45,101 bases of DNA from Candidatus Doudnabacteria bacterium (GCA_019659055.1 JAIFWV010000001.1:72123-117223), one strand, 5' to 3'. Shown: positions 28,892 through 37,026, numbered from the stretch's first letter. Made by a program: numbers and translations. The notes: generated from the sequence alone by a model not told the origin.

Positions 28892-29905
28892 TCAGGGATA
28901 TACCACGACCTGCTTCCATCCCGACCAGTTGCCATTGACGTCGTAGTATCCCCACCAACGAATCAATTTGTTTGTCTTATCTACCGCAGCCTCGGCCTCG
29001 TACCAAGTCGTGACACCGTTCACAGTTTTAAAGAACCAGCTCCTGTAGTGGATGGAGTTCCCCGCAACATCGTCCCACCACCAACGCAAGTCGTTTGGGT
29101 AAGGGACAAGAGCCTTGTCGAACTTCGCGATCAAGCCCTGTTTCATGTCATAGAAAGATAAAGGCATGTCCGGATCACTGCATTTAGACGTATCGCCTGG
29201 GGGGCAGGTCGACTCGATAAATTGGATAGGATCCACCCACCCCATGCGACTGGGCCAGTTAGCTATTGCAGTCCTCCCTAAACCAGTGGTAGGACTGCCG
29301 CTACCTACCCAGATACCGAAATGAAGGTGCTCTGCACCGCCATATGTACCAACAGATCCAAGGTACTGGCCTTTGTATACCTGGGTATTAAGCTGTCCCG
29401 AGCCACAGTACATACAGGTTGACTTTTCGATATGTCCATAAACAGCCTTAAACGATCCAGCCGTGGGAGATGTCGATCTGATAACTAAAGCTATATTCAC
29501 AGTACTACCCGATACGTCCCAACCATTTAGTGAAACCTGGTCGATGTAACCGTCTGCCGCGGCGTAGACGTATGTCCCATACGGTGCCATCACGTCATAA
29601 CCATTGTGGTAGACATCAGGGCTGTAATCGTACCAGCCCGCCTGGCCCGTATGGTAATCATTTACCACAGGATCGGGGGACATGAAGTGTCCTGCGTAAC
29701 CTGTATTGCTGGGACCTTGCTGAACCTTCGTAGACGATCCACCGATACGGTGGTATCCACGATCAATCCAGTCATTCACGTCAGTTACAGGATAGTAGTA
29801 CCCTGTGTGCGTGGGGTGAGGACCTGTTTGTGTCCGCACGGGGGCACTGAAGAAGAGCCCTATTGCGGTAACGAAGAACGCTGTGAGTCTGAACGAAAAT
29901 TTCAT
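28892..29905 (-). CDS. Secreted M23 family metallopeptidase
   Basis: Signal peptide, HxxxD (YHNGYD), GTYVYAAADG, YGH, HxH (EHLHFGI), VDPIQFI; AGGAGG RBS. Confidence 0.88.
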   Translation of the reverse strand: MKFSFRLTAFFVTAIGLFFSAPVRTQTGPHPTHTGYYYPVTDVNDWIDRGYHRIGGSSTKVQQGPSNTGYAGHFMSPDPVVNDYHTGQAGWYDYSPDVYHNGYDVMAPYGTYVYAAADGYIDQVSLNGWDVSGSTVNIALVIRSTSPTAGSFKAVYGHIEKSTCMYCGSGQLNTQVYKGQYLGSVGTYGGAEHLHFGIWVGSGSPTTGLGRTAIANWPSRMGWVDPIQFIESTCPPGDTSKCSDPDMPLSFYDMKQGLIAKFDKALVPYPNDLRWWWDDVAGNSIHYRSWFFKTVNGVTTWYEAEAAVDKTNKLIRWWGYYDVNGNWSGWKQVVVYP

Positions 29906-30087
29906 TACTCATCCTCCTGCAGATTGAGAATAAGATAGCCTGTACGGCTATTCTTATCCCGTAAACAATACAGCGTCGCTTATTCTGGGTCAATGAGAAG
30001 AATGGATAATTCTGACTCGGTTGGGCGGCTCTGATTCGGTCAGTCGCTGATACTCCTTCTCCCGAATCCAGCCACCTTGTGAAATCA

Positions 30088-30128
30088 CAAAAGAAAGAAA
30101 CTGACAAAATATCAGTTCCTTTCTTTTG
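30088..30128. terminator. Rho-independent terminator after the ABC permease
   Basis: CAAAAGAAAGAAACTGA...TCAGTTCCTTTCTTTTG. Confidence 0.65.
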
Positions 30129-30146
30129 GCTCCCTCAGGTTTGCGA

Positions 30147-31415
30147 TTATTCGTATCGTAAGGCTTTGATTGGATCGAGTCTCGATGCCTTGAGCGACGG
30201 CAATGCGCCTGCCAAAAACGCCAGCAAGACTATGCCAGCCAAAGTCAGTAGGCTCGGCAAGACCGGAAACGACAAGAGGTTGAAGCCCACAAAATCTTTG
30301 AGGAAATTTTTGGCTGCGTAGTGATTGATAATCTGGCCTGTGGCTACACTCAAGGCAATGCCAATCAGGCCGCCCCAAAAACCTATGCTTGCCGCCTCGA
30401 GCGAAAAAATCGAAAAGATAGACCGAGAGTTGGCACCCAGAGCTTTCATTAATCCGATTTCGGGGGTCCGCTCGTTTACCGCCATAAGCAAAGTGTTTAC
30501 AATCCCAAAAGTTGCAGCCAGCAGAGCAATCGCTCCAAACACGTCGAGCCCAACCAAGATCCCATTGATAATTTTGCTAAACGTACCGATCTGATCCTGG
30601 ATGGTCTGGGCCGAGTAACCATTGGCCACGAGAGTCTGCTTGAGCTCCTCGACCTGCCCCGGTGGCAAATTTTTATCGAACTCGACGATAAGTCCATTGA
30701 AGCTGTCTGAGAGATTGGCAATCCCGCGCGTCTGATCTGCTTGCAGTTCCGACGCAAATATTGGCGAAGTATAAATGGTGGCGTTGCCCAGGATTGATTC
30801 TTGCTGGACACCGACTATTTGCAGTTGGCGTTCCTCGATTTTCCCCAAAGAATTTTTGTAGCCGACTGTCAGATTTTTCCCGAGCGCATCGGAAGCCGAG
30901 CTAAACCCCAGAGGTTCGACATAGCGGATTGGGATACTGACCTCGTCTGGATTTTCTAAGCCCGCCACCCGGCCTGAAGCCATATCCAAATTTAAGCCGC
31001 GGATGTATTGGTTGAGTGCGGCGATATATTTGTCTCCGCCGGCCGCGATGTATTCCAGTTGCGGGGTGTAATTTGGGGTTATAGTTTGCACATTTTTAAT
31101 GTTGCGAATATTTTCGATGTCATTGGTCCCGAGAAGCGGCAGATTGAAAGTCCCACTGCGCTTGTCCGGGTCGTATTTGGTGACTTCGCTTGAAAGTGGG
31201 TTCTGCTGGCCGGACTTACCCTGGACAATGAGCGAATTCTCGACTCCGACATTACCAAGTTCTTTGTTAACATAAGACTTCACCCCATTACCGACACCGT
31301 TGGTCAGTGAAATAGTAAAGGTCCCGATAAATACTGCGAGGATTGTCAAAAAGGTGCGAAGTTTGCTTCGAACCAAGTTGCTTTGGGAAATTTTGATCAT
31401 ATCTAAAATCTTCAT
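30147..31415 (-). CDS. ABC transporter permease, MacB/FtsX family
   Basis: KLRTFLTILAVFIG, GIVNTLLMAVNERTPEIGLMKALGA, ASRLDPIKALRYE; start MKILDM at 31415. Confidence 0.93.
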   Translation of the reverse strand: MKILDMIKISQSNLVRSKLRTFLTILAVFIGTFTISLTNGVGNGVKSYVNKELGNVGVENSLIVQGKSGQQNPLSSEVTKYDPDKRSGTFNLPLLGTNDIENIRNIKNVQTITPNYTPQLEYIAAGGDKYIAALNQYIRGLNLDMASGRVAGLENPDEVSIPIRYVEPLGFSSASDALGKNLTVGYKNSLGKIEERQLQIVGVQQESILGNATIYTSPIFASELQADQTRGIANLSDSFNGLIVEFDKNLPPGQVEELKQTLVANGYSAQTIQDQIGTFSKIINGILVGLDVFGAIALLAATFGIVNTLLMAVNERTPEIGLMKALGANSRSIFSIFSLEAASIGFWGGLIGIALSVATGQIINHYAAKNFLKDFVGFNLLSFPVLPSLLTLAGIVLLAFLAGALPSLKASRLDPIKALRYE

Positions 31416-32095
31416 ACGGTTTCTCCCAGAATCACTCCGTCTTTGATAGTGATCATGCGGTTGCACATGAGTGCAAGTTCGTGATCGTGAGTAACGATAA
31501 TCAGCGTCATGCCTTTTTCGCGCTGAAGGCGGAACAAAAATTCTATAATCGAACGTCCGTTTTCTGAATCCAAATTGCCGGTCGGCTCGTCAGCAAAAAT
31601 AATTTGAGGATTGGTGATAAGCGCCCGGGCGATACACAGTCTTTGCTTTTGGCCGCCTGAGAGGTCGTTGGCTTTCTGCTTGGCAAACTCCGCCAACCCG
31701 ACCACGGAAAGCATGGCCAGTCCCCGCTCGTTGCGCTGCCTAGCGCCCACACCTTGAATAACCAACGGCAAAACGACGTTTTCAAGACAAGTGTTGCGGG
31801 CATTCAGGAAAAATTGCTGGAACACAAACCCAAATTTTTCATTTCGGAGTTTGTCGAGTTCCTGATGTTTGAGAGACGTCGTATCGTGGCCGTCTACAAA
31901 AAGCTTGCCCGAAGTCGGCCGGTCCAAGGTTGCCAAAATATGCAGGAGAGTGGATTTACCGCTCCCGGATTTACCGACAATCGCGACACTCTCGCCTGCT
32001 TGGATATTTATGGAGACATCCTTAAGAGCCGCGGTGGTAGCGCCGTCATTGCCGTAAATTTTGTCTAGATTCTGAGTTTCGATAATTGCGTTCAT
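31412..32095 (-). CDS. ABC transporter ATP-binding protein (LolD/MacB type)
   Basis: GKSGSGKST, LSGGQKQR, ADEPTGNLD, VTHD. Confidence 0.96.
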   Translation of the reverse strand: MNAIIETQNLDKIYGNDGATTAALKDVSINIQAGESVAIVGKSGSGKSTLLHILATLDRPTSGKLFVDGHDTTSLKHQELDKLRNEKFGFVFQQFFLNARNTCLENVVLPLVIQGVGARQRNERGLAMLSVVGLAEFAKQKANDLSGGQKQRLCIARALITNPQIIFADEPTGNLDSENGRSIIEFLFRLQREKGMTLIIVTHDHELALMCNRMITIKDGVILGETV

Positions 32096-32148
32096 ATTGT
32101 GATAAAACGGGAATTAGATCCCGTTTTTGTTTGCGTATTCAGTATATA

Positions 32149-32177
32149 ATTGTACTCCTTTTTTGGCATTTTGTCAA
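32149..32177 (-). promoter_or_regulatory. sigma70 promoter for the ABC pair
   Basis: Minus strand TTGACA-17 bp-TACAAT. Confidence 0.75.
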
Positions 32178-32185
32178 CATTTAGC

Positions 32186-32764
32186 CTAGTGGAGCTTCTC
32201 TCCACGAGCAAGCATTTCAATCAGGTCATTAATACGCTTTTTTCGGGTTTCAATTTTCTTGGCAGTCGTGATGCGCCAGATGATGGCGTAGGAATTAGCC
32301 TTGCTTAAATTTTGAAAAAAGGCTTTTGCTTTTTTGTTCTTCTTCAAGGCTGTAAGGAAATCCTCCGGCGCTACCGCGCTTTTGGGGGATGCATAGGCAT
32401 TGTCCCACCGGCCGTCTTCCTTGGCGGCCGCAATTACCGCAAGTCCTGCGGGCATCATTTTCTTCTCAAGGATAAGCTTCGTGACTTTGTCGCGGTTGAT
32501 CTGCGACCACATGCTCTTGGATTTGCGCGGAGTAAACTTCTGAATGTACGATTTCTCATCGAACCGGTTGACCAGGCTGTCGATCCAGCCAAAACACAAA
32601 ACTTCGTCCAAAGCTTCCAGATAATTCATCATTTTGACGCCTGAGGCTTTCTTATAAAACCGAATCCAAATCCCCTGGGACTTAGCGTGATTGATCCTAA
32701 GCCATTTGCGGAATTCTTGCGACGTTTTAAATGCTAAAATTGGGTTTCCGTCTTTTGCTTTCAT
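32186..32764 (-). CDS. YdeI/OmpD-associated (bacteriocin-protection) family protein
   Basis: ALDEVLCFGWIDS, FTPRKSKSMWS, PEDFLTAL, AKKIETRKKRI. Confidence 0.9.
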   Translation of the reverse strand: MKAKDGNPILAFKTSQEFRKWLRINHAKSQGIWIRFYKKASGVKMMNYLEALDEVLCFGWIDSLVNRFDEKSYIQKFTPRKSKSMWSQINRDKVTKLILEKKMMPAGLAVIAAAKEDGRWDNAYASPKSAVAPEDFLTALKKNKKAKAFFQNLSKANSYAIIWRITTAKKIETRKKRINDLIEMLARGEKLH

Positions 32765-32806
32765 GTATTGAAATTATATCCTAAATCTGGTATATTTACT
32801 AAGATT

Positions 32807-32881
32807 TGGGGCGTCGCCAAGCGGTAAGGCAGGGGCCTTTGAAGCCCCCATTCGTAGGTTCGAATCCTACCGCCCCAGCCA
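32807..32881 (+). tRNA. tRNA-Gln(TTG)
   Basis: TGGGGCGTCGCCAAGCGGTAAGGCAGGGGCCTTTGAAGCCCCCATTCGTAGGTTCGAATCCTACCGCCCCAGCCA. Confidence 0.96.
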
Positions 32882-32906
32882 ATAAGATTTTCAATAATGA
32901 TATAAA

Positions 32907-33041
32907 GTAGGATTCGAACGGGTTGAAGCGAGGCAAGTCATCAGACGCAGCCGAGCGATCGGAAAATGTCCTGTGAACATTTTCCGCAACCCTGTAGTAG
33001 CCGCCTAAGCGGCGGAACTCGAATCCTACCGCCCCAGCCAA
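32907..33041 (+). repeat. Structured element ending in a 23-bp duplication of the tRNA-Gln 3' end
   Basis: TCGAATCCTACCGCCCCAGCCAA at 32860-32882 and 33019-33041; inverted GTAGGATTCGAAC at 32907-32919. Confidence 0.85.
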
Positions 33042-33054
33042 AAGAAATTCGCAT

Positions 33055-33798
33055 ATGCAATTCAGTCCAACTAATAACATTGTTAAACTCTGCCTTCAGG
33101 GCATGGGCATGGAAGACAAAGGTAAGCCTGAAGAAGCAAGTAAATTATTTCTCCAAGCCTGGGATGAAGCCACAAACAATTCTGAAAAATTTCTCGCCGC
33201 TTTCTACATATCCCGGCATCAAAAAAATACTTCCGATAGGTTAAAGTGGCTTACAACTGCTTTACAGTTGGCATTGGAACTAAACGACCATTCGGTTGAG
33301 AGTGCTTTTCCTTCTCTGTACTCAAGCATTGCCAAATGCTATGAGGATCTAAACGATCCTCACGAGGCAAATAAGAATTATAAATTAGCAGCTTCTTTTA
33401 AAAATAAACCGACCGACACCGGTCCTTTTTATCATGGAACGAAAGCAGATTTGAAAGTGGGCGATTTGCTGACAACAAAAAATGATTCTAACTATAAATC
33501 CGACCTAAAAATGAATCATATTTATTTCACCGCGCTCGTGAATGGGGCGGGTCTTGCTGCGGCATTGGCCAAAGGTGAAGGACGTGAACGTGTCTATGTA
33601 GTCGAACCAACGGGAGACTTTGAAGATGACCCGAACGTTACCAATAAAAAATTCCCGGGCAATCAGACACGTTCATATCGCTCCGAATCGCCACTGAAAA
33701 TTGTTGGCGAAGTAGTAGATTGGGAACGGCTTATACCTGAGGAACTTCAAAAATTTCGTGACAGATTAGCCAACACCAAAGAAAATATTATAAATTAG
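33055..33798 (+). CDS. arr: NAD(+)--rifampin ADP-ribosyltransferase with N-terminal TPR-like domain
   Basis: PFYHGTKADL, SNY, HIYFT, VYVVEPTGDFEDDPNVTNKKFPGNQTRSYRS Arr signature. Confidence 0.92.
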   Translation: MQFSPTNNIVKLCLQGMGMEDKGKPEEASKLFLQAWDEATNNSEKFLAAFYISRHQKNTSDRLKWLTTALQLALELNDHSVESAFPSLYSSIAKCYEDLNDPHEANKNYKLAASFKNKPTDTGPFYHGTKADLKVGDLLTTKNDSNYKSDLKMNHIYFTALVNGAGLAAALAKGEGRERVYVVEPTGDFEDDPNVTNKKFPGNQTRSYRSESPLKIVGEVVDWERLIPEELQKFRDRLANTKENIIN

Positions 33799-33814
33799 CG
33801 ATCCATTTTTGTTT

Positions 33815-33847
33815 AAAAAAGCGGAAGTAGATCACTTCCGCTTTTTT
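33815..33847. terminator. Bidirectional Rho-independent terminator
   Basis: AAAAAAGCGGAAGT-AGATC-ACTTCCGCTTTTTT between convergent arr and hcp. Confidence 0.9.
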
Positions 33848-33848
33848 G

Positions 33849-34499
33849 TTATACGCCCTTGTTCTCTTTGAGATCCCAACCGGCTTTAATCGGTTCACCG
33901 AGTGTGCCATCTGGCTTTTGCTGCCGGTATTCGACTTCTATTTTCCCAAAACTTAAACTGAAAGAATCCAGAGGAAGCAGGTCGCTTCCGCCAGCATTTT
34001 GTCTATAAGAGCTAACCAAGACGTCTGAGAATTTCCAGGTCAGAAATACCTGGCCCTTATCTTTGCCTGCCGAACGCACTACCATAAGTGTCGCATCCTT
34101 GATGTGTTTCCCGTTGGCCGTGGCCAAGAACAGCGCTACCGATGCCTTGTTTACTCGCATCGTGAAATTGAAATCATCCATTTGAACTTTGCCGGCACCG
34201 CTTCCACCGCCAAAGCTTGTTGACCCGGAATTATGTTCGCCAAAACTGTAAGATTCAATGTCGATTTGGTTTTCGTGTCCCGCGGTTGTAGATTCGCCGT
34301 CTATGCCATCAATCTGGAGGTAATAATCAACTGCCGAGGCGTCTGCGGACTGCACCAATAAGTCATTCAGGCCTAAGGCCTTGTTCTGTCCAGCCGGACC
34401 TGTTGCCAAACTAAATGCAAACATACCGAAGACCAAAACCAACGCTAAAACTGCCGCGATGTTTGTTTTCGCCCAATTCGTAATTTTATTCATAAGCAT
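33849..34499 (-). CDS. hcp: Type VI secretion tube protein Hcp (TssD) domain with N-terminal signal peptide/TM extension
   Basis: DYYLQIDGIDGES...HENQIDIESYSFG...GGGSGAGKV..DFNFT..VNKASVALF...G.HI..A.L...DVLVSSY...DSFSLSFGKIEVEY..QKPDG....AGWDLKEN. Confidence 0.92.
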   Translation of the reverse strand: MLMNKITNWAKTNIAAVLALVLVFGMFAFSLATGPAGQNKALGLNDLLVQSADASAVDYYLQIDGIDGESTTAGHENQIDIESYSFGEHNSGSTSFGGGSGAGKVQMDDFNFTMRVNKASVALFLATANGKHIKDATLMVVRSAGKDKGQVFLTWKFSDVLVSSYRQNAGGSDLLPLDSFSLSFGKIEVEYRQQKPDGTLGEPIKAGWDLKENKGV

Positions 34500-34539
34500 T
34501 ATGTATCTGCGTTAATTATTCTAACTTGTCGACCACAAG

Positions 34540-36120
34540 TTAGGTTTCGACTTCGCCGCCCATAATTTTGAGGGCGGATTCCATGAGATTATTATCGAGA
34601 TTGTCTTCCACGGGTTCGCCCGGCGGAGGCATCTCGTTTTCTGTTTGCGGTGATAAGGGAACAGGTTCTCCCTTCCAATCCTTCTCCACGACTGGTTTGA
34701 TCATAAGCTTCATACCGGTAACTTCTTCGATAACCTGATCGACTACGATCTTGTTTTTGCGCTGTTCAACAGCGTCCTTATGGAACTTATACGGAAACGT
34801 GATCACGAGCTCCCGGCCTTGCAGGGCCACGGCTTTGGCCAATTTCAGGCTTGGAATAAGCGAATGATTGTACTCTTTGAGTTTATCTAAGATTTTCGGC
34901 CAGGCTTCAGCAATTTTCTGCAAACCTTCAGGATTGTCATGAGAGTTTCCACTTCGATCCGACGATTGTCGGGGAGAAGTCTCGGTGTTAGTACCAAGAT
35001 CTCTCACTTCGTTCGAGATGGTACCAATAGCAACATTATCTTTAATATTTATCGCCTCAATGGCTGCCAGTTCCATAGGCAAGCTTTGGATCACGCTCCA
35101 CTTGATTTCACTACCGGCGCGCTGGAATAATTCAATAATCCGGACCAGCTTCTCAAGCGGTACCCGAGACACCAACTCCAAAAGCTTGCTTTGCATTTCC
35201 TGGGAAAACCCAAAGTCGGCACGCGCCCCGACTTTGATAATGAGAATCTTGCGCAAATACTCCAAGAAGTCTTTCTGGAATTGGATGAGGTCTTTCCCTG
35301 AATACATAAGTTTGGAAATAAAATCCACGGCTTGCTTGTTTTCGCCGGCCAGGATGAGAGACAAAAAATCATACGAGGTCTGCAGACTGGTTAGTCCGAG
35401 CACATCTTCAGCCAAAGCCACGGTGAGTTTGCCATTGGCAAAATTTAGGACTTGGTCGAGGAGAGACAATCCATCTCGGAAACTGCCGTCCGCGGCCTGC
35501 GCGATGACGATCAGAGCTTCATCTTCGGCCTCGACTTGATTATCGGCGCAGACAAACTTAAGCCTCTGGACCAGATTTTCCATAGAGGCTTTCTTGAAGT
35601 CAAACCTTTGCGTGCGCGAAACTATCGTAGCCGGGACTTTATGAATTTCGGTGGTCGCCAGAATAAAAATTGCATGCGCGGGGGGTTCTTCCAAAGTCTT
35701 AAGCAATGCATTGAAGGCCCCTTTGGAGAGCATGTGGACTTCGTCAATGATTATGACTTTGTACTTGGCTCGGGTGGGCGCAAATTGCAGATGGTCTATG
35801 AGCTCGCGGATGTTATCGACTCCGGTATGCGAGGCGGCGTCAATTTCGAGGATGTCCAAAGACGTTCCGCCCAAAAAATCCTTACAGATATCGCAGTTAT
35901 TACAAGGTTCACCCTCAGCCACCTGGAGACAATTCACAGCGCGCGCAAAAATCCTGGCGATAGTGGTTTTACCCACTCCGCGCGGACCCGTAAACAAATA
36001 CGCGTGGCCGGCGCGATTGTGGGCCACAGCGTTTCTGAGGGTAGTTTTGACGTGATCCTGGCTCACGACATCCGAGAAACTCACGGGACGATATTTGCGA
36101 TATAAGACGAGATTAGACAT
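34540..36120 (-). CDS. dnaX: DNA polymerase III subunit gamma/tau
   Basis: LYRKYRP, GPRGVGKTT, zinc Cys cluster, EIDAAS, DEVHML, FNALLKTLEEPP. Confidence 0.98.
   Translation of the reverse strand: MSNLVLYRKYRPVSFSDVVSQDHVKTTLRNAVAHNRAGHAYLFTGPRGVGKTTIARIFARAVNCLQVAEGEPCNNCDICKDFLGGTSLDILEIDAASHTGVDNIRELIDHLQFAPTRAKYKVIIIDEVHMLSKGAFNALLKTLEEPPAHAIFILATTEIHKVPATIVSRTQRFDFKKASMENLVQRLKFVCADNQVEAEDEALIVIAQAADGSFRDGLSLLDQVLNFANGKLTVALAEDVLGLTSLQTSYDFLSLILAGENKQAVDFISKLMYSGKDLIQFQKDFLEYLRKILIIKVGARADFGFSQEMQSKLLELVSRVPLEKLVRIIELFQRAGSEIKWSVIQSLPMELAAIEAINIKDNVAIGTISNEVRDLGTNTETSPRQSSDRSGNSHDNPEGLQKIAEAWPKILDKLKEYNHSLIPSLKLAKAVALQGRELVITFPYKFHKDAVEQRKNKIVVDQVIEEVTGMKLMIKPVVEKDWKGEPVPLSPQTENEMPPPGEPVEDNLDNNLMESALKIMGGEVET
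34949..35022. repeat. Two-arm palindromic element, copy 3, in frame inside dnaX
   Basis: CCACTTCGATCCGACGATTGTCGGGGAGAAGTCTCGGTGTTAGTACCAAGATCTCTCACTTCGTTCGAGATGGT; reverse orientation relative to copies 1 and 2. Confidence 0.88.
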
Positions 36121-36129
36121 AAAGAGGTA

Positions 36130-36480
36130 ACCATTTCGAGTGAAGCGAGAAATCTCGCGATTAAATTATTGATTTATATAAGTCTTGCCATTTAGGGTTG
36201 ATTGAGCTTATCAAGGTTGTTTTTTTAAATCTGCCCCATTTCTTTATTTGTTTTTCTCTGGCCAAAAGAGCATCATAGTCTTCCCCAGATTCATAATAAA
36301 CCAATTTCTGGCATTTATATTTCTTCGTGAACCCTTCAGCGAAACCATTTCGGTGCTCCCAAACTCGCTTAACGAGATCCGAGGTAAAGCCTATGTAAAT
36401 CGCCCCACTTTCGCTGCTCATTATATAAACGTAAAACATATGTTTTAACACCGAGATCTCTCACTTTCGTTCGAGATGGT
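36130..36480 (-). mobile_element. Putative autonomous element: GIY-YIG gene between two inverted hairpin arms
   Basis: Arm ACCATTTCGAGTGAAGCGAGAAATCTCG (36130-36157) and arm TTAACACCGAGATCTCTCACTTTCGTTCGAGATGGT (36445-36480); mobility is inferred. Confidence 0.65.
36161..36439 (-). CDS. Small stand-alone GIY-YIG nuclease (UPF0213-like)
   Basis: FYVYIM..IYIGFTSDLVKRVWEH..GFTKKY..LVYYE..AREKQIKKW..NPKWQDL; likely start ATG 36439. Confidence 0.92.
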   Translation of the reverse strand: MFYVYIMSSESGAIYIGFTSDLVKRVWEHRNGFAEGFTKKYKCQKLVYYESGEDYDALLAREKQIKKWGRFKKTTLISSINPKWQDLYKSII

Positions 36481-36555
36481 GTACGCTCTATTTTAGCATA
36501 GAATCCCACTCAAACAAAAAAACGGCAATTGCGCCGCTTAACAATCATAACTTGA

Positions 36556-37026
36556 TCATCGATCCTTAAATACAAACCTCCGGTAACCGAAGAAATTCCA
36601 AATAAGACCAAGCCCGATACCCAGCGCATTTGCCAAATTTAGCCACAGCTTCGCCGAAAGGCCAGCCACAGGATTGATATAGGTCGTAACTAGAAATATC
36701 ACGGTAGCGTTGATTGCGGCACCGACAATACTCACCATGAGGAATCGGGTAAATTCCACGCCCCGATCGTTTGTGCTCGGATCCCGAAACGACCAGTGCT
36801 TGTTCATATAATAGCTATTGGTGGTAGCCACCGCAAAGGCCGCGGCCGAAATATAAATTACCTGCCCTCCCTTTTCTATTCCTGTCAGCCAGGTCAGCAC
36901 GTTGAGAATAATAAAGTTGATTACTGTATTCATGAGTCCGACGACGGCAAAACGCAAAAACTGGCCAGCAAGCTGGCCGTAGTTTTTATTGGTTTCGGAT
37001 GGCGGAAGATTATTCTCTGGGATCAT
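36556..37026 (-). CDS. GtrA family membrane protein
   Basis: QFLRFAVVG..NT, NSYYMNKHWSF, WNFFGYRRFVF. Confidence 0.92.
   Translation of the reverse strand: MIPENNLPPSETNKNYGQLAGQFLRFAVVGLMNTVINFIILNVLTWLTGIEKGGQVIYISAAAFAVATTNSYYMNKHWSFRDPSTNDRGVEFTRFLMVSIVGAAINATVIFLVTTYINPVAGLSAKLWLNLANALGIGLGLIWNFFGYRRFVFKDR

Noticed and set aside
29781-30378. ORFs 29781-30107, 30079-30321 and 30112-30378
   Set aside because: They overlap the M23 gene, a terminator or the ABC permease and have no protein-like features.
32860-33041. Prophage or genomic island at tRNA-Gln
   Set aside because: Only 136 bp lie between the direct repeats, and no integrase or phage gene is present; arr lies outside the repeats.
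34540-36120. E. coli-type programmed -1 frameshift site in dnaX
   Set aside because: I did not see an A AAA AAG or long A-run slippery site next to the hairpin; checked by eye only.
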